Below are positions 18,835 to 28,107 of a stretch of DNA of 64,000 bases, one piece after another. The stretch is taken from the IMG/VR virus record IMGVR_UViG_3300043775_002158, positions 32,001 to 96,000 of that record; one strand, given 5' to 3'. This DNA comes from a virus. Numbering within the stretch: the first letter of the stretch is position 1; each line of letters opens with the position of its first letter. A program made the translations under genes and the position numbers. The notes beneath the pieces are model-generated. The model was not told the origin of the DNA and ran no database searches. It worked only from the letters and a program-made list of their open reading frames with translations.

Positions 18835-21423
18835 ATGAAGAAACTATTAGTAGTATTATTTTTATTTATATCATTTTTAGGGTTTGGTCAGTCGGTTTTG
18901 GCACCAGACCCTAAGTCATTTATTGTTAATACCACAGGACAAGATGCAAGTGGGTTTGAGTTAACTGGATTTAATTCAACCGCAACTTTATTAGCATCGG
19001 TGAGTTTAGTATCACCACCAGCAGGAACAACATTCTATTTAAACACTTACACAGGTCTAACCGCAGCAAGTGGTTTCAATATGATTGGTAATAAAACTAA
19101 ATTGGTGTTTACCGGAACAATGGCAAATATCAATACGGCATTGGCATCATTAAAAATTAACACAGGTTCTATTTCGGGTGATATTGTCATATCAGTCGCA
19201 GCAACTATAAATCCAACTGGTTTCTTTTACAATGGAACAAACGGACACTTTTATAGACCAATATCAACAGGAACAAGCTATACGGGTGCAAGAGCAGCGG
19301 CATTAAATACTACATTTAAAGGACAGACTGGATATTTAGTAACAATAACTTCGGCAGATGAAGATGCGTTTGTATTTAATAATGTACCACAAACAAACAT
19401 TTGGTTTGCACTAACGGATGAAGAAACAGAAGGCCAATGGAAAATTGATGCTGGTCCTGAAAAGGGAACTTTAATCAAAACATCAAACGGACAAACTGCG
19501 GGTAATATACAAGGACAGTACAATAACTGGGCACCTGGTGAACCAAACAATAGTGGTAACGAAGATTATGCGGTAACAAAATGGAACGGTTCTCAATGGA
19601 ATGATTTACCGAATGGATTTAGTTGCCCTTATGTAATTGAATATGGAACTTGGACCAATCCTGATGATGCAACATTTACCGAATTTTATACTAACAGTGT
19701 AGTTCATTCAAACGGAGAAACAATAAAAGCATTATTCAATTTTACATTTGGTGGAGCAACTGATAAAAGTAAATTTTCAGCAAGATTATTTAATAGAAGC
19801 GATGCGACATCAACATGGGTAGCCGGTGGTTCTTATAAATCATTAAGTGGATTGGGTAAAGTATATCTTTCAAATCAAATAGATACTGCAAAGATATTTT
19901 CAACCGCAATTCAATTAACGCCGGGTACAAATGATATGACACAATTTAGTTCTGCTGATATTGGTAAGGTCTATAAACTAACAACAACTGGAGCAAGTGG
20001 TGGTGGATGGGGAACGGACATTTATACAAGTGACTCTTATATACCCGCTATGGCAGTTCACGCAGGAGTTTTAACAATCGGACAAACAAAAGAAATTTAT
20101 ATTAAAATAGTTGAGGGAAAAAGTAGTTATTTAGGTTCAACCCGTAATGGAATCACAACGTCAGAATGGGGTGGATGGGGATTGAGTTATCAATTTGTAT
20201 CTCAACCATCTTCATACAAGGCAATATCATCACCTGGCCAAGTTGAATGGTGTGTGATATATGACTACGATGCATCAAATCAAAGATATAGAGTTGGGAT
20301 TGATAAGAGAGAATTTGATGGAACCAACGTATCACCAAATAATGTATCATCACTAAAATTATTTGATTTGTGGGATGGAAATGTAACATTTGATAGTGAA
20401 GACATATATTGGGCAAATTATTGGATTAATACACCAACCCAATTTAATTTTACGGGTTCATCATTTTCATCATTTATAAGACAAGGCAATGGATTTTACG
20501 GAGTAAGTAGTGAGTTTACCTTTTCACAATTAGGTACATACAAACAACACAAAATGGAATTAAATGAATATGATAATGTACAATTAAAAACATTATATAA
20601 TAACATTGTAACAGTATCGGATGTTTATTTGGCATTTAAGGAATTATCTAATAAGGGTTTATTTGGTAATCAAAGTGGTAATGAATTTGGATATGGTATT
20701 CAATATATAAATGCAGATGTGGATGATAATGGTGTATTCAATGAAGTGGATACATATAAATTATTACAAAATTTAACGGGTGTAAATGATTTAGTTAGCA
20801 GTTATACTTTGGATAATACTATAAAAGTAATTCCAGACTCAATCTATAATTTAATTGGTAAATCAACATGGAGTTCATTTACATCATACAAAGGTAAATC
20901 ATATTCATTTAGTTTATTGGATAATGTGTTGAATTACAATTACAATTTATCTGTGAGTTGGAAAGGTGATGTGAATTTATCACATTCAGCAACACCTCCT
21001 TCAAATGGTATAACAACAATGTCGGTTAGAACATCAATGAGTACACCGATATCAAACGAAATAAATTCATCAATTATGTCCGAAATTGTGGGAGATAGTG
21101 TTTATGTATATATTACAATAGACCCATTACAACAAGAATTGGTGGGGACACAGTTTAAGTTAAATTACGATAATGATTTATTAAAGTTTAATAATGTAAT
21201 ATATAAAACAAAAGGATTACCAACTAACTATGCGACGGACAAAGGGAATTATATTAATTTAGGTTCTCTAATAACGGATGGTGGAACTTTAGATAATACC
21301 ACTGAATATAAATTATCATTTACAACAAAAACAAAGTTGGAGAATATATTCGGTTTAATTTCGGTTGGGTTAATGGATGCAGTAAACAAAAGTGGTAGAA
21401 CATTAAAAGTAATAATGAAATAA
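18835..21423 (+). CDS. Secreted adhesin-like protein: Ig/cadherin-like, C-type lectin, LCCL, dockerin-like and cohesin-like domains
   Basis: GYLVTITSADE, WAPGEPNN...WNDL (C-type lectin); WGTDIYTSDSYIPAMAVHAG (LCCL); ADVDDNGVFNEVD; GTQFKLNYDNDLL. Confidence 0.82.
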   Translation: MKKLLVVLFLFISFLGFGQSVLAPDPKSFIVNTTGQDASGFELTGFNSTATLLASVSLVSPPAGTTFYLNTYTGLTAASGFNMIGNKTKLVFTGTMANINTALASLKINTGSISGDIVISVAATINPTGFFYNGTNGHFYRPISTGTSYTGARAAALNTTFKGQTGYLVTITSADEDAFVFNNVPQTNIWFALTDEETEGQWKIDAGPEKGTLIKTSNGQTAGNIQGQYNNWAPGEPNNSGNEDYAVTKWNGSQWNDLPNGFSCPYVIEYGTWTNPDDATFTEFYTNSVVHSNGETIKALFNFTFGGATDKSKFSARLFNRSDATSTWVAGGSYKSLSGLGKVYLSNQIDTAKIFSTAIQLTPGTNDMTQFSSADIGKVYKLTTTGASGGGWGTDIYTSDSYIPAMAVHAGVLTIGQTKEIYIKIVEGKSSYLGSTRNGITTSEWGGWGLSYQFVSQPSSYKAISSPGQVEWCVIYDYDASNQRYRVGIDKREFDGTNVSPNNVSSLKLFDLWDGNVTFDSEDIYWANYWINTPTQFNFTGSSFSSFIRQGNGFYGVSSEFTFSQLGTYKQHKMELNEYDNVQLKTLYNNIVTVSDVYLAFKELSNKGLFGNQSGNEFGYGIQYINADVDDNGVFNEVDTYKLLQNLTGVNDLVSSYTLDNTIKVIPDSIYNLIGKSTWSSFTSYKGKSYSFSLLDNVLNYNYNLSVSWKGDVNLSHSATPPSNGITTMSVRTSMSTPISNEINSSIMSEIVGDSVYVYITIDPLQQELVGTQFKLNYDNDLLKFNNVIYKTKGLPTNYATDKGNYINLGSLITDGGTLDNTTEYKLSFTTKTKLENIFGLISVGLMDAVNKSGRTLKVIMK

Positions 21424-21446
21424 AAACAAATTAAAAAACAAAAATT

Positions 21447-22130
21447 ATGGCAGACAGAAACGGAGACGGAGTTGTTTATCATCGCTCAGATTGTGGTGAT
21501 AATTATGTAAGATGGTATGGGTTCGGTGGAGATGGACCTTGTTCGGCGTGTGATACGTGGGGACTTACCAATAAAGCAATAAGATATATTCATGACCACC
21601 CTGAAATAAATCATAGACTTGAAGATGTGGTAGGTAGAGAGTGGGATGAAGAGGTTATGCCAGTATTAACAGAGGTTTATGAAGAAGTAAAAGAAGGTGT
21701 AATAGACGCATATAATTGGGTGGACGCAAACGCTTGTAATATAGCTGTAACAGCAGCAATCTCGGCGGGAGTTGTTTACGCATTCACACCAGAACCGGCA
21801 AACCCAACAGCGGTGGCAACATCAACTACTTTATCGGCAATGGCATCAACTATTACTAATATGGCAGTTAAAGTTGCGGTAGTAGGAGAAATGAGTGAAA
21901 TTATAACAAATGGATTTTTACTAATACCATTTGTAAGTGATAGTATTGACCACACTCTATTATACAATATAATTTCAAATTGTTTAGCTAAAAGTTTAGA
22001 TTCTGCGGAGTTATGGGCAACACCAGCCGGTGTTGGTATTGCGATTGGAGCAGCAATTGCACCTGTTATTGCGGATTTGATATGTAAAAAAACTTGTCCT
22101 GAAGGATTTACTAAAGCATTTGGTGCGTAA
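21447..22130 (+). CDS. Hypothetical Cys-containing protein with hydrophobic C-terminal half
   Basis: 227-aa ORF with no signal peptide. Confidence 0.7.
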   Translation: MADRNGDGVVYHRSDCGDNYVRWYGFGGDGPCSACDTWGLTNKAIRYIHDHPEINHRLEDVVGREWDEEVMPVLTEVYEEVKEGVIDAYNWVDANACNIAVTAAISAGVVYAFTPEPANPTAVATSTTLSAMASTITNMAVKVAVVGEMSEIITNGFLLIPFVSDSIDHTLLYNIISNCLAKSLDSAELWATPAGVGIAIGAAIAPVIADLICKKTCPEGFTKAFGA

Positions 22131-23023
22131 TGAAAAAACTAATAACCATATTATTTTTACTTTGTGTAAGTTTTGTTACAAATGCACAAATACAAAAACC
22201 AGATACGTTACAACTATCGGCAAAAGAACTATTTGGAGAAAGTGATGATTGGAACGATGTGGGTATATTACAATCCTATGTTAATTTTTCAAAAGATGTC
22301 CTATCATCATCAAACCTTTCAATTGGTGTAATTGGAAAACAAGTATCTACAACTCTTAATTTGGGATATAATAAATCATCATTGAATGGGAAGTGGGGAC
22401 ACTCATTTGCAGCATCAATAAACCCTATTTGGAATTATTATGGTGTAGGGTATGGTCTTAGTAGAAATACCGAAAAGAGAACAACTACAATACAAACATT
22501 TTATTCTACGGACTTTGATTTCCAAAAAGATATTAACTTATCATTTATTGATGTATTCAGAACAAAAAAATGGGGAACATTCGGTTATAGTTTAACAGCA
22601 TCAAAATCATTTTGGGGAACTTATCAGGGTGAGTGGGAAGGGAAATATACGGTTGATGAAAATGGTGATTTTAAAGATTTAATATATCCAATGATACCGG
22701 CATCAAGTGAAATAAGTTATAGAGGTATGATGATGTACACTTATACATTGAAAACAAAGAGAGTAAACATCTCACCACAAATATTTGCAATGAGTGATGT
22801 ATATAAAGTATTTAAAGATGGAACTGAATCAGATTTGGCATATGTAGATGATTTCAATTTGGACTTATATTATGGTACATCTATTGATTGGAAAATAACT
22901 AAAAGATTTGTATTGAATACCAATGTTAGATATAATACAACTTGGGATAAATTAAGTGAATCAGTCGGTTATAAAAAAAGTAACCCAATAATGTTTATGA
23001 TAGGAACAAACTTTCAATTTTAA
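22130..23023 (+). CDS. Probable outer-membrane beta-barrel protein
   Basis: Signal TNA|Q; alternating amphipathic strands; C-terminal GTNFQF beta-signal. Confidence 0.72.
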   Translation: MKKLITILFLLCVSFVTNAQIQKPDTLQLSAKELFGESDDWNDVGILQSYVNFSKDVLSSSNLSIGVIGKQVSTTLNLGYNKSSLNGKWGHSFAASINPIWNYYGVGYGLSRNTEKRTTTIQTFYSTDFDFQKDINLSFIDVFRTKKWGTFGYSLTASKSFWGTYQGEWEGKYTVDENGDFKDLIYPMIPASSEISYRGMMMYTYTLKTKRVNISPQIFAMSDVYKVFKDGTESDLAYVDDFNLDLYYGTSIDWKITKRFVLNTNVRYNTTWDKLSESVGYKKSNPIMFMIGTNFQF

Positions 23024-23397
23024 TGAGTAAAAAAGATTTAATATCATTCATAGTAATTTATTTATTAACCACATTTGTAATATTATTTAGTGGTTGTAGA
23101 AAAACGCAGACTATTCCAACACCACCACCGATAAATAAAGAATTTTTTAATTCACCCGAAAACAACGTTAAAAATGGGGATATTATTAATTTTAATTTAA
23201 CTACAGTTGGTGTTTATACTTTGACAATGATTGATACGGTTCAAAATCAAGTTGTGACCAGAGAAAGATTTACGGGTAAAATTGGTTTAAACTCACTTAA
23301 AATATTTACAAAAACTTTACCGACAAAATACCTAAGTGTCGTTTTAAAGGATCAAAATAATCAACAGATAGGTAAAACAAGAATAATAATAAATTAA
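23023..23397 (+). CDS. Lipoprotein with T9SS-CTD-like Ig domain
   Basis: Lipobox LFSGC; domain parallels 23411..23779. Confidence 0.65.
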   Translation: MSKKDLISFIVIYLLTTFVILFSGCRKTQTIPTPPPINKEFFNSPENNVKNGDIINFNLTTVGVYTLTMIDTVQNQVVTRERFTGKIGLNSLKIFTKTLPTKYLSVVLKDQNNQQIGKTRIIIN

Positions 23398-23410
23398 AAA
23401 ATAACAAAAA

Positions 23411-23779
23411 ATGAAAAAAGTATCTCTCGTACTCTTCGGTTTGATTCTACTTGCTGGATGTAGAAAATCAGATTTTCCAACGCCACCTCAATCAGTTAGC
23501 GACGATTTAAAAATTGCTAGTTTATCAGGATTAAAATTACAAACTGCATTTGTAACAAGTGAAGTTTCAATGAACATAAAAAGTGAGACATCTCAGACTG
23601 TAACTATCAGAATCTTTGATATTGCAAATAGAGTAGTGTCTAAATCAACAAGCGACGTAAAGTCAGGTGATAATATATTGAAGATATACACTTCATCATT
23701 ACCGTCATCAGGTTATAGAATAGCAATTTACGATCGTGCCGGTAATATGTTAGGTATTACGGACTTTAATAAAATTTAA
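23411..23779 (+). CDS. Lipoprotein with T9SS type-A CTD-like domain
   Basis: Lipobox LLAGC; VTIRIFDIANRVV...SGDNILKIYTSSLPSSGYRIAI. Confidence 0.72.
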   Translation: MKKVSLVLFGLILLAGCRKSDFPTPPQSVSDDLKIASLSGLKLQTAFVTSEVSMNIKSETSQTVTIRIFDIANRVVSKSTSDVKSGDNILKIYTSSLPSSGYRIAIYDRAGNMLGITDFNKI

Positions 23780-23809
23780 GATAATTATAGTATATAAAAA
23801 CACAAAATT

Positions 23810-24118
23810 ATGGCAGAAGAACAACAAGAACAATCAACCGGTGGTTCAATTAAGAATATACTTATCGGTTTAGTAAGTACCATCACATTAGGTGTGGGTG
23901 GTTGGTTTACAACAAAATTAACGGGTGGTGACGAAAAAGAAACTCCGGCACAACAAGCTGCACCTGTAATCAACATTACAAACTCTAATCAACAATCACA
24001 AGCTGCAGGAGGTAAGACTGTTATTATTAAAGAAAAGTCAACAACACCAGCACCGGCACCAAAACCAAAACCTAAAAAAGATGGTGACGAATTTAAAGAA
24101 GAGACACCAAAATGGTAG
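23810..24118 (+). CDS. Single-pass membrane protein with Pro-rich tail
   Basis: One TM segment; PAPAPKPKP. Confidence 0.75.
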   Translation: MAEEQQEQSTGGSIKNILIGLVSTITLGVGGWFTTKLTGGDEKETPAQQAAPVINITNSNQQSQAAGGKTVIIKEKSTTPAPAPKPKPKKDGDEFKEETPKW

Positions 24119-24217
24119 GTTTGGGTTTAGAGGTTGAAACTGCAACCTTAATTTTTACGATTATAATAATTGGGATGTCGATAAAGACATCCTTGGAATT
24201 GACAAAAAAAGAAAAAA

Positions 24218-24826
24218 ATGGCTGATCAACAACCACCAAGTGGATTTAAAGAATTATTAGCAAATATGATGAAACGTAGATGGTTCATCACTGCAATTGT
24301 ATTAGGGGGATTTATGATAATCATAATGGGAATATTTGGGGCAATCCTAAATAAATCCGCTATTGAAGGAGAATGGAAAGAACTTCTACTATTGTTATTG
24401 GGTGCATTTATCGGTAGTTACGGTAAAATAATCGACTATTGGTTTAGTGATACTGATAAGGATAAAATGTTAGTTCAGAAAATGGATGAAGAAGATGGTG
24501 TATCGTTGAGTAATACTAACGATGGTCCAAATACTCCAATCGTACCAATGTCAATAGCACCATTAGTGTTATCAGAATCAACCGAACAAATAACCGAACA
24601 ATTAGTTGAAACACCAAAAGTAGAAAAGAAGGGTGTTGAAATCGATGAAGATGGTGACGGTGTTATGGATGGTTTAGATTTCGATGGTGATGGTAAAATC
24701 GATGAATATTTCGCACACAGACAATGTGAACACGTTTGGGGTGACTTAGACGGTGACGGAACAGAGGAGTGTTTGAAGTGTGGTAAAGTTAAGGATGAAT
24801 ACGCAGAAATGCATATGGAAGGATAA
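24218..24826 (+). CDS. Two-TM membrane protein with DxDxDG Ca-binding loops and a C-terminal Cys/His motif
   Basis: DEDGDG, DFDGDG, DLDGDG; CEH...CLKC. Confidence 0.75.
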   Translation: MADQQPPSGFKELLANMMKRRWFITAIVLGGFMIIIMGIFGAILNKSAIEGEWKELLLLLLGAFIGSYGKIIDYWFSDTDKDKMLVQKMDEEDGVSLSNTNDGPNTPIVPMSIAPLVLSESTEQITEQLVETPKVEKKGVEIDEDGDGVMDGLDFDGDGKIDEYFAHRQCEHVWGDLDGDGTEECLKCGKVKDEYAEMHMEG

Positions 24827-24855
24827 AATAAACAAAAGACAAAAAATAAAAAACT

Positions 24856-25104
24856 ATGAAATTTAAAGAATGGGCTATTGAACTCTTCAAAGACGAAAGA
24901 GGTTCAATTTCAGTAAAACCAGTTATTGCATTTGTAGGGGCGATGTTCCTATGTGTGACTATGATCTTAAATTCGTTCTCTCACGCGGATTTCGCCCCAT
25001 CACCTGAATTGGTGAATGCGGTGATGATTATCACGGGAATTGGGATGGGTGCCGATACGATGGATAAATTCTCTCACAAAAAGAAAGAAGAAACAGAAGG
25101 TTAA
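24856..25104 (+). CDS. Small two-TM (holin-like) membrane protein
   Basis: Two hydrophobic helices and a charged C-terminus. Confidence 0.65.
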   Translation: MKFKEWAIELFKDERGSISVKPVIAFVGAMFLCVTMILNSFSHADFAPSPELVNAVMIITGIGMGADTMDKFSHKKKEETEG

Positions 25105-25107
25105 TAT

Positions 25108-25137
25108 GAAGGAGGGTTTATCCCTCCTTTTTTTTTT
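25108..25137 (+). terminator. Intrinsic terminator
   Basis: AAGGAGGG-TTTAT-CCCTCCTT plus T-tract. Confidence 0.8.
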
Positions 25138-25161
25138 CATATATTTATTAAAAATGAATTT

Positions 25162-25368
25162 ATGAAAAATTTAAGAGATATTTTAGCTTTAAGGTTTATT
25201 CAATTAGTATTTGTATGGGTAAGTTTTGCTCTAACATTTCAGGTGTTTATGATTATAACACATTTTACCAATCCTGAATTGAGTACAAAAATAGGTAATG
25301 AAATTATGTGGAAAATAGACGGTACATTTAAAAATGATCCTGATAATATTTGGTATGAAAAAAAATAA
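25162..25368 (+). CDS. Small membrane protein
   Basis: One TM segment; TATTTATT upstream. Confidence 0.65.
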   Translation: MKNLRDILALRFIQLVFVWVSFALTFQVFMIITHFTNPELSTKIGNEIMWKIDGTFKNDPDNIWYEKK

Positions 25369-25374
25369 AACAAG

Positions 25375-26118
25375 ATGACAAAAAACGAAATATTATATAA
25401 TGTCGGTTTAACCGATAAAGTATATTCAGAACAAAAAGATATTGATTTTAAAGCACAAAGGTTAAAATTAATTAAATGGATTGAAGATAAAAAATCAGAC
25501 ACACAAGGATTTGTTGCAACGAAAGATAATACAATTTATATTGTGTGGAGAGGTAGTTCTTCTAAAAAAGATTTCCAAAACGACGCCTCTATCGATAAAG
25601 TTCCTTTTATTGAAGAAGGTGAGAAAGTTCATATTGGATTTAAAACCTGTTGGGATGCCGTAAAGGATGATACATATAAAGCATTAGATATTGCACTTAA
25701 AAACTTAGGTCAAGAACATTCAATAGATAATATTGTTGTTTGTGGACACAGTTTAGGTGCGGCAATTTCTACCTTGTGTGCATATGAAATCTATTCAATT
25801 TATAAATCAAATAAAATTATATGTTGTACCATAGGTAGTCCAAGAGTTGGTAATAAAATATTCAAACAAAACTTTGATAAATCACCAATTGAATCGTTAA
25901 GGATTGTTAACAATTTAGATATTGTAACTCGTGCACCAAATATTGGATATCACCACGTTAATACCGAATTACGTATTGATAGTGAGGGTAAAGTTAAAAA
26001 ATGGATGATTGATTGGCAAAGAGTTGGTGAATATCTTAAAGCCGTATTCACAGGTAAGACTGCGAAAGATCATATGACAAATAATTACATAAGTGCATTA
26101 AATAAATGGAACCCATAA
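25375..26118 (+). CDS. Lipase class 3 family
   Basis: VWRGS, VHIGF, GHSLG, GSPRVGN, DIV and terminal H motifs. Confidence 0.92.
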   Translation: MTKNEILYNVGLTDKVYSEQKDIDFKAQRLKLIKWIEDKKSDTQGFVATKDNTIYIVWRGSSSKKDFQNDASIDKVPFIEEGEKVHIGFKTCWDAVKDDTYKALDIALKNLGQEHSIDNIVVCGHSLGAAISTLCAYEIYSIYKSNKIICCTIGSPRVGNKIFKQNFDKSPIESLRIVNNLDIVTRAPNIGYHHVNTELRIDSEGKVKKWMIDWQRVGEYLKAVFTGKTAKDHMTNNYISALNKWNP

Positions 26119-26127
26119 AAAAAATAT

Positions 26128-26847
26128 ATGAAAAAATTATTAATATTATTAAGTGTTTGTTTAGTAAGTCTTGTTGCAAATAGTCAAACAATAGGTAAAA
26201 CTAAGACAGAGGACTTCAAGGCGGACTTTGAAAAGAAAAAGGATATAAGTACTTACTTAGATTATGACGGACCTCAAATACCCGTTCAAATCCTTAAATG
26301 TGGTATTTCTGACGAAGTATATGAGATGTATCCAGAATTAAAGGAAAAACGTGTAGGTTTAGGTGTTGCTAATATCTCTATGGAATATCTTGAGAACTTA
26401 AACAGATTTAAATTTACTGAGGACAAGACAGAAATTAAGAATCGCATGGTAAAACAATTCCAAGCATCTCAAGCCGGTATTTCTGAGAACAAATTAGATG
26501 GTCGTGGTAAAATCAATTTGGCTAAGTATTTTGTAACTATCGAGTGTTATGATTATTCGGTATCTGAAGATGAAACTATCAACCTAAAAGACGGTATTAA
26601 AGATAATATGGTTACTCGTATTGGTTTACAAGTTAGATTTACTGACGCCGAGACAGGACTAGTATTTGCAGGTTCAGGTTTAGGTGAAGCTAAGACAACA
26701 AGAGAGTTGACTTTATTATCTGATGCAACTATCGACCCAATTAAATTTAATCAATCAACCATCAGTATCTCAACTAAAAAGGCGTTAGATATTGCGGTTG
26801 CTAACATTCTTGATAGAATGATTAAAAAAGGTATTTTCACAAAATAA
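26128..26847 (+). CDS. CsgG/HfaB-family secreted protein
   Basis: Signal ANS|Q; GLGVANISMEYL..NRF and IGLQVRFTDAETG..AGSG pattern. Confidence 0.72.
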   Translation: MKKLLILLSVCLVSLVANSQTIGKTKTEDFKADFEKKKDISTYLDYDGPQIPVQILKCGISDEVYEMYPELKEKRVGLGVANISMEYLENLNRFKFTEDKTEIKNRMVKQFQASQAGISENKLDGRGKINLAKYFVTIECYDYSVSEDETINLKDGIKDNMVTRIGLQVRFTDAETGLVFAGSGLGEAKTTRELTLLSDATIDPIKFNQSTISISTKKALDIAVANILDRMIKKGIFTK

Positions 26848-27080
26848 TGAAATACGAAGTTGTTGATATTCCACAACCGGAAAATTGTGAAAAATGTACA
26901 CCATGTCTTAGACTTAGATTAATGGAAATGGGGTTTATTACGGGAGAAAGAATTGAATTTGGAGAAAGTAGATTAGGTTTATATATGGTTAATATATTAA
27001 CCGAAAATGACCATATCTCTTCGGTGGTTGCACTTAGACAAGAAGAATTGGATAGAATATGTTTAAAAGGGGTTTTATAA
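26847..27080 (+). CDS. FeoA-family SH3-like protein
   Basis: RLRLMEMGFITGERI...VALRQEE. Confidence 0.8.
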   Translation: MKYEVVDIPQPENCEKCTPCLRLRLMEMGFITGERIEFGESRLGLYMVNILTENDHISSVVALRQEELDRICLKGVL

Positions 27081-27103
27081 CCCCTTTTTTAGTATTTATA
27101 TGT

Positions 27104-27283
27104 ATGGAAAAATTTTATAGAACATATGACGATAGAGTCTTTTTTGGTATTTGTAGCGGTTTGGGGGTTAGAACCAATATCGATCCTTTAGTTTGGAGAT
27201 TATTGTTTTTTTTCTTAATTTTTTCACCGGTACCAATAATAACAGGTTATTTATTAACTACAATTTTAACTAAAAGTGTATGA
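27104..27283 (+). CDS. PspC-domain protein (start reassigned to MEKFYR)
   Basis: YR..DDRVFFGICSGLG...IDP..WR; TATTTATA at 27093-27100. Confidence 0.85.
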   Translation: MEKFYRTYDDRVFFGICSGLGVRTNIDPLVWRLLFFFLIFSPVPIITGYLLTTILTKSV

Positions 27284-28107
27284 AAAAATTTTTATTAATC
27301 GTCGGTTTAATTTTAATTTTAACGTTATTTGTTTCAATAATGTTAAACGCTCAAGTAAGTTCTTGGAGAAATAATTCACAACAAAGAACAACCGCACCAA
27401 GAATTCAACCATCAACTCCACAAAGAAATGACGTTAGTCGATGGAGAACACAAACAGAACCAATTAGACCAGGTCAACCTATTCCAAATAGACCTTTAGT
27501 GAGAAGATGGAGAGGTGGGGGTGTAAATCCATATGGATTAATGTGGGGAAATTGGGGGTGGTATCAACCATACCCATATATTTGGTACGATGATTATGGA
27601 TGGAGACATAGAAGTGTAGTTCGTGTTTATGAAAATGGAAAAAGAGATACTGTTAAAAAGGAAACATATTATACTTTAGGTATTGGACATACAAATAACA
27701 ATCAAGCTTCTTTTTGGGGTGCTGTAGGTGGTAATAAAGGATACTTTATTGTTGATTACGTTATGACCTATGAAATTGATCGCAACCAATATTTTCCAAA
27801 TGGTAAAATTAATGAAGTTGATTTTCCGTTAAGTAAAAATGACTTTTTAAAAGAGGGTACATTATATCTTGGTGGAGGTAAGAGATTCGGTAAATTAGGT
27901 GTCCATGGAATGGTTGGATTTGGAAATGAAATTATTAGATACCAAGGTAAAGATGATTTAGGTGGTATTTCATTTCCTAAATCAAATTCAAATTTTACAA
28001 CATTTAAATTTGGTATTATAAGAGATTTCAAATTCTTCACATTAAAGTTAGATAGAGACCCAATAAGAAATTACAATCAAATATCAATTGGATTGAATAA
28101 TAAGTAA
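27280..28107 (+). CDS. Secreted/outer-membrane protein with Trp/Tyr/Gly-rich segment and barrel-like C-terminus
   Basis: Signal LNA|Q; amphipathic strands. Confidence 0.65.
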   Translation: MKKFLLIVGLILILTLFVSIMLNAQVSSWRNNSQQRTTAPRIQPSTPQRNDVSRWRTQTEPIRPGQPIPNRPLVRRWRGGGVNPYGLMWGNWGWYQPYPYIWYDDYGWRHRSVVRVYENGKRDTVKKETYYTLGIGHTNNNQASFWGAVGGNKGYFIVDYVMTYEIDRNQYFPNGKINEVDFPLSKNDFLKEGTLYLGGGKRFGKLGVHGMVGFGNEIIRYQGKDDLGGISFPKSNSNFTTFKFGIIRDFKFFTLKLDRDPIRNYNQISIGLNNK

